A stretch of DNA of 29,953 nucleotides from Macrostomum lignano (taxonomy: Eukaryota), in assembly GCA_002269645.1 (NCBI GenBank), contig NIVC01003756.1, positions 1 through 29,953 of the forward strand. The letters run 5' to 3'. This document shows positions 9,980-22,950 of this stretch, one piece after another; the first letter of the stretch is position 1, and each line of letters opens with the position of its first letter. The translations under genes and the position numbers were made by a program. The notes under the pieces are model-generated. The model made no database searches and was not told the origin of the DNA. It worked only from the letters and a program-made list of their open reading frames with translations.

Positions 9980-11340
9980 TGCTGAGAATGGTCCCTAATC
10001 AATCCTGAGAATGGTCCCTAACCAATCCCGAGAATGGTCCCTAATCAATCCCGAGAATGGTCCCTAGTAAATCCAAGAATGGTCCCTAACCAATCCTGAG
10101 AATGGTCCCTAATCAATCCTAAGAATGGTCCCTAATCAATCCTGAGAATGGTCCCTAACCAATCCCGAGAATGGTCCCTAATCAATCCCGAGAATGGTCC
10201 CTAGTAAATCCCAAGAATGGTCCCTAACCAATCCTGAGAATGGTCCCTAATCAATCCTAAGAATGGTCCCTAATCAATCCTGAGAATGGTCCCTAACCAA
10301 TCCCGAGAATGGTCCCTAATCAATCCCGAGAATGGTCCCTAGTAAATCCCAAGAATGGTCCCTAACCAATCCTGAGAATGGTCCCTAATCAATCCTAAGA
10401 ATGGTCCCTAATCAATCCTGAGAATAGTCATTAATCAATCCTGAGAATGGTCCCTAATCAATCCCGAGAATGGTCCGCTAATAAATCCCAAGAATGGTCC
10501 CTAACCAATCCTGAGAATGGTCCCTAATCAATACCCGAGAATGGTCCCTAATCAATCTTGAGAATGGTCCCTAGTAAATCCCAAGAATGGTCCCTAACCA
10601 ATCCTGGGAATGGTCCCTAATCAATCCTAAGAATGGTCCCTAATCAATCCTGAGAATAGTCATTAATCAATCCTGAGAATGGTCCCTAATCAATCCCGAG
10701 AATGGTCCGCTAATAAATCCCAAGAATGGTCCCTAACCAATCCTGAGAATGGTCCCTAATCAATACCCGAGAATGGTCCCTAATCAATCTTGAGAATGGT
10801 CCCTAATCAATCCCAAGAATGGTCCCTAACCAATCCTGAGAATGGTCCCTAATCAATCCCCGAGAATGGTCCCTAACCAATCCCGAGAATGGTCCCTAAT
10901 CAATACCCGAGAATGGTCCCTAATTAATCCAGAGTATGGTCCCTAATCAATCCCGAGAATGGTCCCTAATCAATCCCAAGAATGGTCCCTAATAAATCCC
11001 AAGAATGGTCCCTAACCAATCCTGAGAATGGTCCCTAATCAATACCCGAAAATGGTCCCTAATCAATACCCGAAAATGGTCCCTAAAAAATCCCGAGAAT
11101 GGTCCCTAACCAATCCTGAGAATGGTCCCTAATCAATCCTGAGAATGGTCCCTAATCAATCCTGGGAATGGTCCCTAATCAATCCTGGGAATGGTCCATA
11201 ATCAATCCTGAGAATGGTCCCTAATCAATCCTAGGAATGGTCCCTAATCAATCCTGAGAATGGTCCCTAATCAATCCTAGGAATGGTCCCTAATCAATCC
11301 TGGGAATGGTCCATAATCAATCCCGAGATGGGTCCCTAAC
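9980..11340. repeat. 23-bp minisatellite (about 59 copies) with higher-order blocks
   Basis: Unit GAGAATGGTCCCTAATCAATCCT. The TAGTAA variant recurs at 10065, 10202 and 10340; the AATAGTCATT variant recurs at 10423 and 10655. Confidence 0.97.
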
Positions 11341-11733
11341 TGGCCAATAAAATAGCCAGTAAATTGTGCAGTTAAACTACATGTCTGACATGGCTCTGAA
11401 ACAAAGACCGTATCTTATCTGCAGACGCATGTCGTGACTTCTTGTTTTCAATTTAGCTTTCTTTGACTTATTGAATCCTACTTTCTTTATTTCATCGCCT
11501 CTTTGAAACAGAATCTGCTTTTTAAAAATGCTTCATTTAGCTCGTTGTTCCCCTCTAAAGCTGCGTGGCTGGCAATTCAATCCGACTTGAAAAGACTTCC
11601 ACTTGATCGGATTAGCCAGCAGCCAGATTCTTTCAGCGCTCAGTCAATGCGGAATCAGTGGCGGGGAGGGGAGCAGAGGGCGAGGCCGTACCTTTCCCCC
11701 ATTCTCAAAGTCTCTGTCATCTCGCTACATTAG

Positions 11734-11854
11734 GCTGTGACAGGCCAGCTGCGTGCTGCCGGAGCCTGGACTGGCTTCATCGTGGGGATTAGCTACTATA
11801 TTCTTCCCAAACGACCGTTATTTCAGCCATCATTTATCATTGACAGTTATGTAT
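11734..11854 (+). CDS. Candidate internal exon of the CUB-LDLa gene
   Basis: TAG acceptor at 11733; open frame AVTGQLRAAGAWTGFIVGISYYILPKRPLFQPSFIIDSYV with a CUB-end-like GFxVxISYY. The GTGAGT donor at 11855 is phase-compatible with 15551. Its phase-0 start does not match the phase-2 donor at 8420. Confidence 0.3.
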
Positions 11855-13056
11855 GTGAGTTTTAGTTAAGCTACTATACCAAGCCTACATGCAGTATTGA
11901 ACTGATACAATCTGAATAAAAGTGCAACCTACAATCTGCCTTTATCAGCCCCGGTAGTGGCTTATCAAGGACGCCAGAAAGTTTTGGTTGATAAATTATT
12001 AATGTATATAAAGCCCCGTGGCTGTCTTAGATCTTGTTTTCAAAAACTGAAACTTGGGTCAATGTTTTTTCGAGAATTTTTTGTCAGACATAGAGATAAA
12101 TCCGTCTTGTAACTGTATGTATGGTATTTTTATACGATAAATTAAAGACGGCCTTACGGTTTTGGCATCTGTTCTGCCGGGCTTAACCGCCTAGGTGAGC
12201 ACACCAAGTAAAAAGAGTTATGCGCTGGCAGCTTGGAGTATGCCTGTCTAATATGCCTAGGTGAAACAGAGGTCGCTACTGTTCTGTAGGGCCTCACTCC
12301 TCCATTGTCACCTCAGCCTATCAAGCTGGGAAAGTTCAGTAGGCTTTTTTGTTTCCTATTGCCTCTCTCCCAGCGAGCCAAGTCCTTCAAATGAGTCACA
12401 CTCACACATCAGGCATTGAGCTTAGCAAAGAGAAAATTATAAAGAGGTGAAAGCAATTTGGAGTAGATTTTGACACAGACTAGTTTACAATACCTAAATA
12501 CAGTGTATGCTTATAGTGAATCCAAATACGAGTAGTTCTCTCTGTTGGCATTATATTTTGAAAGCTTTTAGCTCAGCAACAAATGTAGTGACTTTTTTCT
12601 CTGCATTCCTCTCTTCCCTAACGAGATGTTGAAGCAGTTTCGGCTTTTGCGCCCGCGGTGATGAAGTAAAATTAGGGAAGCTGAGAGAGAGGATTTTTAG
12701 GAGGCTGGAGTGTGTCTACAGCGGGCTGAGGATTTCCATTGCCCCATCAGACGGTGTCAATGAATCGCCTCGTTTGTCTCCACCTCCCGCATCTGCGTCT
12801 AGGAACCAAATATCTTAGGGGTTGAGGGCTACTTTTCTACGAAAATAGCTCGTCAGTTGGTCGGCTTAGTTATCCCCGGCCGGGGCCTTGATTGCAGCTG
12901 CGCCTTCTCTCGCCGCTGCAGCCACTCCACCTCTGTCTCTGTCAGGGCCCAGCTTAAACTGGCAACGGTGGCTTTTGGAATTTCTGGGATTAGGCAATAA
13001 CTGATAAGCTGTCACTAGCGGATAGTGCTTCTGTGTGAAATGCTGGCTTTTGTGGC

Positions 13057-13143
<87 letters not shown>

Positions 13144-13213
13144 CACTAAGACAGACAGACCGGACAGACAGACAGAGAGACGGGCAGGCAGACAGACAGA
13201 AGGACAGACAGAC

Positions 13214-13246
<33 letters not shown>

Positions 13247-13342
13247 GAGACGATCAGGCAGACAGACAGACAGAAGACAGAGAGACGGGCAGGCAGACAG
13301 ACAGACAGACTGACAGACAGACAGACAGGCAGGCAGGCAGGC

Positions 13343-13406
<64 letters not shown>

Positions 13407-13500
13407 CGACAGACAGACAGACAGACAGACAGACTGACAGACAGACAGAGAGACGGGCAGGCAGACAGACTGACAGACAGACAGACAGGCAGGCAGACAG
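13057..13500. repeat. Compound microsatellite (AGAT)21 followed by degenerate (AGAC/AGGC)n
   Basis: Perfect AGAT run 13057-13140, then an AGAC-rich tract to about 13500. Confidence 0.98.
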
Positions 13501-14015
13501 ATACGGAATGCCGCACCAAAACTGCATAGGTCAGTTTATCCAGTGAGCTTAGCGCTATAACGATGATTGAAATAGTGTGCAGTGGGGATTATGGGTCTAT
13601 TAGTAGGGGGAAGCGAGCGAGAGTGGCGGAGTGAGAGTAAGTGCGCGTGCTCAGGAATTAATACGATGAGGCCCGGGCCGCAATTCCTGGCTTCAGGAGA
13701 GTGAGTTAGATAAGCAAATAGCGGGTGGAGCAGCCATTCTGTGGAGAGCTTCGCGAATGAAGCGCTCTCGCTCTCCTAACTTTGAACCCTTAATCCCCAC
13801 TCGTCGAAGCCTTCAATCTCCCTATTATATCTGTATAGCTAGCGCCAAGAGTAGCGTCCTACATTTTTTCTATATAGCTTGACCTGTGTGCCAACCGCAT
13901 CCCTTTCCAACTCAATCCTGGGTTAGTTCTATTTATTCACTTTTTTGGGAGCAAAATGTATATTTTCTATTTGCTTTCCTTTTTGGACTATTTAGACTAT
14001 TTAGACTACTATTTA

Positions 14016-15502
14016 GGCCAATTTAGATAGTGCTTTAGTTACTGGCCAATTTAGACAGTGCTTTAGTTACTGGCCAATTTAGACAGTGCTTCAGTTACTG
14101 GCCAATTTAGACAGTGCTTCAGATACTGGCCAATTTAGACAGTGCTTTAGATACTGGCCAATTTAGACAGTGCTTTAGATACTGGCCAATTTAGACAGTG
14201 CTTTAGATACTGGCCAATTTAGACAGTGCTTTAGATACTGGCCAATTTAGACAGCTGCTTTAGTTGGTGGCCAATTTAGTCAGTGCTTCAGATACTGGCC
14301 AATTTAGACAGTGCTTTAGATACTGGCCAATTTAGACAGTGCTTTAGATACTGGCCAATTTAGACAGTGCTTTAGATACTGGCCAATTTAGACAGTGTTT
14401 TAGTTACTGGCCAATTTAGACAGTGTTTTAGTTACTGGCCAATCTAGACAGTGCTTTAGTTACTGGCCAATCTAGACAGTGCTTTAGTTACTGGCCAATC
14501 TAGACAGTGCTTTAGTTACTGGCCAATTTAGACAGTGCTTTAGTTACTGGCCAATTTAGACAGTGCTTTAGTTACTGGCCAATTTAGACAGTGCTTTAGC
14601 TACTGGCCAATTTAGACAGTGCTTTAGTTACTGGCCAATTTAGACAGTGCTTCAGATACTGGCCAATTTAGACAGTGCTTTAGTTACTGGCCAATTTAGA
14701 CAGTGCTTTAGATACTGGCCAATTTAGACAGTGCTTTAGATACTGGCCAATTTAGACAGTGCTTTAGATACTGGCCAATTTAGACAGTGCTTTAGTTACT
14801 GGCCAATTTAGACAGTGCTTTAGTTACTGGCCAATTTAGACAGTGCTTTAGTTACTGGCCAATCTAGACAGTGCTTTAGATACTGGCCAATTTAGACAGT
14901 GCTTTAGTTACTGGCCAATTAAGACAGTGCTTTAGATACTGGCCAATTTAGACAGTGCTTTAGATACTGGCCAATTTAGACAGTGCTTTAGTTACTGGCC
15001 AATTTAGACAGTGCTTTAGATACTGGCCAATTTAGACAGTGCTTTAGATACTGGCCAATTTAGACAGCTGCTTTAGTTGGTGGCCAATTTAGTCAGTGCT
15101 TCAGATACTGGCCAATTTAGACAGTGCTTTAGATACTGGCCAATTTAGACAGTGCTTTAGATACTGGCCAATTTAGACAGTGCTTTAGATACTGGCCAAT
15201 TTAGACAGTGTTTTAGTTACTGGCCAATTTAGACAGTGTTTTAGTTACTGGCCAATCTAGACAGTGCTTTAGTTACTGGCCAATCTAGACAGTGCTTTAG
15301 TTACTGGCCAATCTAGACAGTGCTTTAGTTACTGGCCAATTTAGACAGTGCTTTAGTTACTGGCCAATTTAGACAGTGCTTTAGTTACTGGCCAATTTAG
15401 ACAGTGCTTTAGCTACTGGCCAATTTAGACAGTGCTTTAGCTACTGGCCAATTTAGACAGTGCTTTAGCTACTGGCCAATTTAGACAGTGCTTTAGTTAC
15501 TG
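14016..15502. repeat. 28-bp minisatellite (about 53 copies) with an internal 813-bp block duplication
   Basis: Unit ACTGGCCAATTTAGACAGTGCTTTAGTT. A rare variant ACAGCTGCTTTAGTTGGTGG occurs at 14251 and 15064, each followed by the same order of variants. Confidence 0.97.
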
Positions 15503-15550
15503 AGCAATTAACAGGTCAAACTTAGCATTTTAATCTCTAGCAAATTGCAG

Positions 15551-16063
15551 TGCGGCTCATTCTGTTTGTCTCTGTCCAAGCCTCCGATCCCCAACCAATC
15601 AAAACGCCACTCAGGTCCAAGCCGGACAGACTGCCAGCCGACATGCTCGCCGACTCCAGCGCCGGTTTTCGCCTGACCGTCACGTCGGTGGGCATTCCGG
15701 ACGCCAAGACTCGCGCCTGTCCAGCTACAAAGACTTCTACAAAAGCTTTGGCGCCGTCGTCTTTGTCCTCCCCAGCGGCGTCGGCTCCGACTGATAGCGG
15801 CGCCGGCGCTGGCGCGAATCTGCTAGGCGCCGATGAAGTGGAACAGCTGCGTCGCTGCACGTTCCGTCGGGCCGCGCCGCCTCCGATGCCGCCGCACTCC
15901 TTGCCAATGTCGGCTATTGATGGCGGCGCGCCCGCAGCCGGGTCGGCGACATCCGCAGCGCTGATGCCGCTGACTACGTGGTGCCTGCCGGTCGAGGCTC
16001 TGTGCGACGGATTGGCGAACTGCCCGGACTCCACAGATGAGCAACCGATCTGCCGGCGGGATG
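15551..16063 (+). CDS. Exon with CUB C-terminal strand and LDL-receptor class A module
   Basis: TGCAG acceptor at 15550 (alternative TAG at 15540). SSAGFRLTVTSV is CUB-end-like. WCLPVEALCDGLANCPDSTDEQPIC matches the LDLa C-terminal half. G|GTGAGC donor at 16064, phase 1. Confidence 0.8.
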
Positions 16064-16171
16064 GTGAGCTGAAGTTCATTTTAAATAAGCTACTGCAGAA
16101 AGGAAATAAAACCTACTACAATTTCTAGTAGTATATAAGGCGTATAGCTAGCATTTTTATCCGAATTCCAG

Positions 16172-16962
16172 TATCTTTAATGTCCCGCCTGCTCTCGCTT
16201 GGCGTTGCCGCGTCGGTTGCTATGGGCGTAGGCGCAGTCGCTCTGAGCATGGGCTGCGTGCTCGGCCTCGCCTGCTGCTGCTATCGAGCGCTGAGCTCTG
16301 AGCCGCCGCCGAACACTGCCAGCGCCGTCCCCAATGCCGCCATGACAACGCTGCATCATTCGCCTGGACAGGCTCAGCATCTTCTGCAACTGCAGCATCA
16401 GCAGCGCCTGCTCCTGCCGGCCCGTCAGAGCCCGTCAGTTGGGCTCCGACGCCCGCCGCCAGAAGCGGCGTCCTACGCGGGGAATTCTTCCCATTATTCG
16501 CTGGCGGACAGCAGCGGGGGCGGCAGGTATTATCAGCAGCAGCAGCAGCAGCAGCAAAAGCCACCTGTCAGCTACCAGCAGCAGCAGCAGCGGGCCTACA
16601 ACAGCACAGAGCAGCTGTTTGGCTATGGCAACCATGTGTACCATCAGCAGCAGCAGCATCCGCATAGTCACTATCATCAGCATCCGCAGGCCCAGTGCCG
16701 CCTGTGCCAGCACCATCCGCCGCCTGCCAGCCATCACGGCGGCTTCAGCGGCGGCGCCGGCGGCAGTCGCACCCCGACTAGTTCAAGGAGCGCCAAAAGC
16801 GGTCGCAGCGGCCGAAGCTCCTACGGGCCCGGACACCAAATTCGGCCGGTGCCGCCGCCGTCTAGAGCGGACTCAGAGACTGGAACCGGCCATCATCATC
16901 AGCAGCAGCAGCAGCCTGGCAATGGGTCTCGCGATCGCATTGTCTATCCTGTACAGTTATGA
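16172..16962 (+). CDS. Terminal exon: transmembrane helix plus Gln/His/Gly-rich cytoplasmic tail
   Basis: TTCCAG acceptor at 16171, phase 1, joins in frame with the LDLa exon. Hydrophobic LLSLGVAASVAMGVGAVALSMGCVLGLACCCYR, poly-Q runs, TGA at 16960-16962. Confidence 0.8.
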
Positions 16963-18482
16963 GCTGGCTAGAAAATCCATCCGCTTCTTGATCTGAATTG
17001 TTTGTTTATGAGTTTATTTCCTATAATGAGCTTTATGATTCCGTTCTACGTGCATATCGATGATGGATTTGCCGATTGCGAATCTCACCTGTGCGTTTAT
17101 CATTCACATGAACTGATTATGCGCTACTCCGAACTGCAATTTTTCAAGTATACTACTTATACATGTACTCTGTGTGCTACTAATGAGTAGCCGCATGCGA
17201 AAACAAACTAATCAGAGCAATGCAAGCAATAGAGTTTGTTCAGCCCTTTTTTCAATTCTGCTTTTTATTGAATTCTCTCTACCTGTATTTATTGCATGAA
17301 AATTGGCCGTTGTTATCTAGGAATTATTATGCAATTAATCCCCAGCCATCATTAGGCAACTGCCCAGAGTTCGTGACAATTTTACTGCTTTTTTCGTCTT
17401 TTTTCTCTTCTATACCCTGTACCAAGCGGAGCTCTTTTGTGCTCAAGCCATTTTTATATTTATATATTTGCCTGATGATATTATTGTCTCTGATTTTTAT
17501 ACAAAAAGCTTGCCTATATCCTTAATCTCTATGCTATATTATTGATGTTATTAACTCAGTTGTGCCCCATATGTGCAATTATTGTTACCTGCTCATTTAT
17601 GATTTATTTATACATTTATCTGAACTCCGCTCTTCAGTGCAAAGCTTGCCTCCCGACTATGCAATTCCTTCTATTTCTTACTGTTGTACGCTGGTGTCTT
17701 CTATCTACTCATGTTTTAGTAGTAAATGTCGTGACCAACAGTTTCTAATACATTTTAAACAAGCATACTTGAAGTTCCTGTCCTGAGTTATTCCTTTGCC
17801 GGACTAGCTAAACAGAGAAAAATATCAGTTTATGTTTCTAATAAACTGAAACAACGAGATTACCATAAGTTGTATTTTAACTCATTTAAATCCGAATCAT
17901 AGTACATAGCAACTGTAAATAAGAAGCGACTTCCGCAATAGTGAGTCTTCAGTCATTATAAATGGAACACGATTCGTTGGCATGCAAATTTGGTAGGTTT
18001 CCTAATTTTTGGAAAGCGTTCAATTTTAATAGGGGACGCGATACAACAAAAATATTACAAATTTGTGAAAAAAATTAACAACATCCTACTGATAGTAGAG
18101 TACTGTGGAGTGAGTAACTATTTTTGAATCAGTTTTGTAAAAAAAGCGAAATTCACTTGGGGAAATCATATCAACTTTAATCAAAGACTTACAGTATCGG
18201 GCGCTCGGTCAGTAAAAGTGCATTACGATAATTTTGCAATGATTATAATTAATCAGACATTATTGGCTGGGTTTAACAAGACACTGAGACACTGAAAAAA
18301 CATTTAACATCAGCCTACTAATAGTAGAAGAGCCAATCGAATGCATGATTTTGAGTCAACGGCAATTTGACCGCCTGAAAAAGCCTCAATTAGTTCAACT
18401 TAGGATTGGTGGCAGTCCAATGACTTTTCGCTTACCACTTAGTAAACTTGAATCAACAAATCAGTAATTAATGAGAATTCAG

Positions 18483-19034
18483 TTATAGCGGCACATGCGA
18501 GAACAGATAAGAGACGCTCTCGCCATTATGCGTGCGCCTGATAGCTTCGCCAAGCATCATGCTGACGTCGATGCACTGAATCTTGGAACAGTTGCGCATG
18601 TTGTTCTCCTGCGAGATTGTATTAGTGACTACTACAGCTTCGAAAATGCTTCGATTAATACGATCGATAGCCGCCCCGCTGAGAATGCCGTGCACACAGA
18701 TGGCGTACACCCTGGAGGCGCCGGCCTCCTGCAGCTTCTCGGCCGCGTGACAAATTGTGCCGCACGTGTCCGCCATGTCGTCAACTAGGATGGCCACTTT
18801 ATCCTTCACGTCGCCTACCAGGACCATCCGGTCAACCTCGTTCGCCTTCTTGCGCTCCTTGTGAATCAGGGCGAACTCCACTTTGAGCCGTTCGGCTACG
18901 GAGGTGACCCGTTTTGCGCCGCCAGCGTCTGGGCTAACGATGACAGAGTCCTGCCAGCCGGCCACGTTCTCCATGATCCACTTGATCACGGCTGGCTCCG
19001 CGTACAGATTGTCCACCGGGATGTCGAAGAAGCC
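18483..19034 (-). CDS. PRPS1: Ribose-phosphate pyrophosphokinase (class I PRPP synthetase) exon 3
   Basis: CACAG acceptor at 19035, phase 0. [14 protein letters not shown]...[10 protein letters not shown]...[11 protein letters not shown]...[12 protein letters not shown]-stop is nearly identical to animal PRPS1/2; paralog assignment is not possible. Confidence 0.97.
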   Translation of the reverse strand, partial: GFFDIPVDNLYAEPAVIKWIMENVAGWQDSVIVSPDAGGAKRVTSVAERLKVEFALIHKERKKANEVDRMVLVGDVKDKVAILVDDMADTCGTICHAAEKLQEAGASRVYAICVHGILSGAAIDRINRSIFEAVVVTNTISQENNMRNCSKIQCIDVSMMLGEAIRRTHNGESVSYLFSHVPL

Positions 19035-19049
19035 CTGTGGTGGGGGTGG

Positions 19050-19680
19050 CAGTAGGGCACCGTGAATGGGTGTGGGGTATCTCCAGCACCGTGAATGGGT
19101 GTGGGGTAGCGGGGTATCTCCAGCACCGTGAATGGGTGTGGGGTAGCGGGGTATTTCCAGTCACTGACGCCACCGTGAATGGGTGTGGGGTAGCGGGGTA
19201 TTTCCAGTCACTGACGCCACCGTGAATGGGTGTGGGGTAGCGGGGTATTTCCAGTCACCGACGCCACCGTGAATGGGTGTGGGGTAGCGGGGTATTTCCA
19301 GTCACCGATGCCACCGTGAATGGGTGTGGGGTAGCGGGGTATTTCCAGTCACTGACGCCACCGTGAATGGGTGTGGGGTAGCGGGGTATTTCCAGTCACC
19401 GACGCCACCGTGAATGGGTGTGGGGTAGCGGGGTATTTCCAGTCACCGATGCCACCGTGAATGGGTGTGGGGTAGCGGGGTATCTCCAGTCACCGACGCC
19501 ACCGTGAATGGGTGTGGGGTAGCGGGGTATCTCCAGTCACCGACGCCACCGTGAATGGGTGTGGGGTAGCGGGTTATTTCCAGTCACCGACGCCACCGTG
19601 AATGGGTGTGGGGTAGCGGGGTATTTCCAGTCACCGACGCCACCGTGAATGGGTGTGGGGTAGCGGGGCAGTTCAGCCAC
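19050..19680. repeat. 47-bp G-rich minisatellite (about 11 full plus 3 truncated copies) in PRPS intron 2
   Basis: Unit GCCACCGTGAATGGGTGTGGGGTAGCGGGGTATTTCCAGTCACTGAC; period 47 (19169, 19216...). Confidence 0.97.
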
Positions 19681-19708
19681 TGTAAACGGAAGGGAAGTCG
19701 AATTATCA

Positions 19709-20077
<369 letters not shown>

Positions 20078-22950
20078 TCAACTGTACATTTCTATAGGGT
20101 AAGAATTTCTATTTTGCTCATTCATTTTGAGGCATCTAGCAGTGGAGAATGATGTTATTCACTACTATTTACTAGTATATATTGCATTTCTATAGTTTAC
20201 AATTGAAATTGGAGAAAAATGGCTCACTAGCTTAGGGTGGATACTTATCAATGTCTACCAGTGTAAGTTATAGTTGATTAGTTTCATAATTTTTTGTATA
20301 GTTAATGATTTGGTATGATATACTATAGCCTAAATGAGTGAAGATAGCCTAGATGATTGTATATACGCTTATATTGTGTATACACTTAGCATCATTTATT
20401 ATATGATAGAGATTTCTAGTACACATTTGTGATAGCCAATAGTACATAATTTTTAAACCCTATAGTATATCGGTTGGTATTTAATAGAAAGTTGAAATAT
20501 AGCATGCATGGCATATATTTATTCTAGATCTAGAGTCTACCATGCTACTATAGTTCATAAAAGCACAAAAATCATACTAACTATATAAATTTTTGTATTA
20601 CCCTTTTAAAAATTCAATAAGAAAAATCATGTAATATAATATGATATTCCAAAATTAATTAACCCCCTCAGCCTCATACTAACCTCAGCCTTGTATGCGT
20701 TGTACTACAGAAGCTAGGATTCATGTTCTACCTGATAGATTCCTTTAAATAATTGACTCAGAGCCCAAACTCTACATAGCTACTTGACATATATACATGT
20801 GCATGTGTATAAGTAAGTTCATTATTTAAGCATACAAATTCTTGTAAGGATCAGAAAATTGCATTTTACTTAGCTTCTACTAAAGCGATTTTGAAAAAAA
20901 TTTCCTGCATACATGCCATGGTGATACATGTTTTAGTGTAATTACATTGTTTTTCGTCTCTTAATAAGCATACAGTAAGCATCTGATTTGGATGCTGGGT
21001 TCACATTTTCTGGTACCATTTTTTACCCAAAATTTTCAAGTCTAAATATAGGCATATCACAAACACTAATACTATGCAAGTTGATATTTAAATGAAAGAA
21101 AATAACTTAGATTATTTTGCAACAAGGAATTAGCGGTATATTTACTTTTAGAGAAAGATGTTTGCTGGCAAACTTTGCACTTTAAATTAGTATGAATTTT
21201 CTAGAGTTTATGTGGTTTTAGAAAAACTTTGAAATCCTTAGAAAGACTTCATCTTTTTGAATAAAATATAAAGTAAAACACATTTTACTTTCTGTTTTGT
21301 AAGTAGTAAAACATTAGCTTTCTCCTAAGGCCTACAAGTTTTAAAATTAATTGTTTATTATTGAAAAAAGGGAAACAAAAATGCAAATCGGTTAACTTGG
21401 ACTTTTTAAATGCTTTTTTATTGGTTTTTTCTTATTTATTCAACGATGTATAGCATGAAAACAATAGTTTTTATCTAGAACTATTTTTAAAGACCTATCT
21501 GTCTTTCAAAAAGCTTTTTAGATACATTACCTTCTATCAAATGTCCACAGATTTGTTTTACCATTTTATCCCATATTTTTGGATTTCACCATATGATTTT
21601 AGAAAGTGCACGCCAGTTGTGTATACACATTACTGTGCAGGGCCCTTCCTGATTCTTTTACAAAATTGATAATTGTATAACTCATTTTGAATGCGTGCCG
21701 AATCTAGGAAAACACATTTGTTATAATACACATAATTTTCATAATATTTTACGCAAACTAATTTTTGTTTAAACTAGCAGTAAATTTTAGTATAAATAGA
21801 AGCATTTTTGGCAGAGGAGAGACCAACCTTGTGCATTGCAGTTCCTTAAGAAAGAAAGCCAGTATTGAATAGTAAGAGTTCCAAGTAAACATTATTAAAG
21901 ATTGATTGAGAGTTATTTATTTGCATAAGTAAAAGTTAAGTAGGCTGAAGCATATATAGTATATACTAATGAAAAGTGGAAATAGTAAGAGACTATGAAG
22001 TAGATCCTAAATCAATACATGTAAGAATAACTGGAGGCTGTGACCCTCTGATCTTGGTAACATCCAGGACTGAAAATAGATACAATACATATACCAATAA
22101 GCCAATATACCTTTTAGGCCAAATTACTAGTAGAACACTACCAGAATAACAGTAAATGCTACTAGAAATATAGAAGAATGATACTCGTAAGGGCTAGATA
22201 GTATTCTAAGAATAGTTGACAAATTGAATAATTAGACTTATACTCAGAATAAATTAGAATTATTTTTAGAAACATTTCTCAGACTTATTCTAAGAAAATT
22301 ACTCATAATTTATTAATAGAATAGTCTTGGTGTTAGCTACTAGCATTTAGAACATTTAATATAGAAAGTATAGCCCTAGTACAACTCAGTAATAGCTTTA
22401 GGATAATTCATAAAGACAGGGAAATAATATATAGTACAACTTGGTGGCATTGCTAGAATAGCTAAAAGAGGGAAGCAAGACCCCTGTTACAACTTTGGTA
22501 GAAGTAGTGGGATTACATATTGTATAGGAACACCACTAATACATTACTTTTTTAGGAATAATACATGCCAATTGTATAATACCTGCAAGGCCAATGCATA
22601 CCCAAATTTTTGGGCATAATATTACATGATCTAGAATGTGACATATCAAGTATACCAAGAATTGGAAATGTGACTTTGTAATGTACACCATAATTTCAAA
22701 ATTATCCCACCTTACTTTTGAGTTGCAACAACAAATGACCTTTTTACTATTGTAACATTTATATAGGGGGCCTATGCAATTTTGTTTGGATATAATATTT
22801 TATTACATTAAAAAAGTGTCATGTCTATTACTTCTTGATAAAAACTTGCAATTACACAAAGTAAAAAATAAGCTTTTCTAATTTATTTAGAAATATTTTG
22901 ACCAAATAAAATAAATTTATTTGAAATCATTTTTAGTTAAAAGATTTTCA

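Noticed and set aside
12866-13527. Long minus-strand ORFs of 217 and 170 aa (SVCL/SIYL repeats)
   Set aside because: They are stop-free translations of the AGAT/AGAC microsatellite.
13720-13780. QPFCGELRE as a CUB-type CG motif exon
   Set aside because: Followed immediately by TGA with no usable donor.
8481-15502. Regular tandem arrays as CRISPR arrays
   Set aside because: Units abut with no unique spacers, no cas genes are present, and the context is a spliced eukaryotic gene. The same applies to 2347-2826 and 19050-19680.
15537-16996. Overlapping and antisense ORFs (15537-16079, 15823-16044, 16220-16564, 16435-16737, 16439-16996)
   Set aside because: Shadows of GC-rich, low-complexity real exons with no recognisable motifs.
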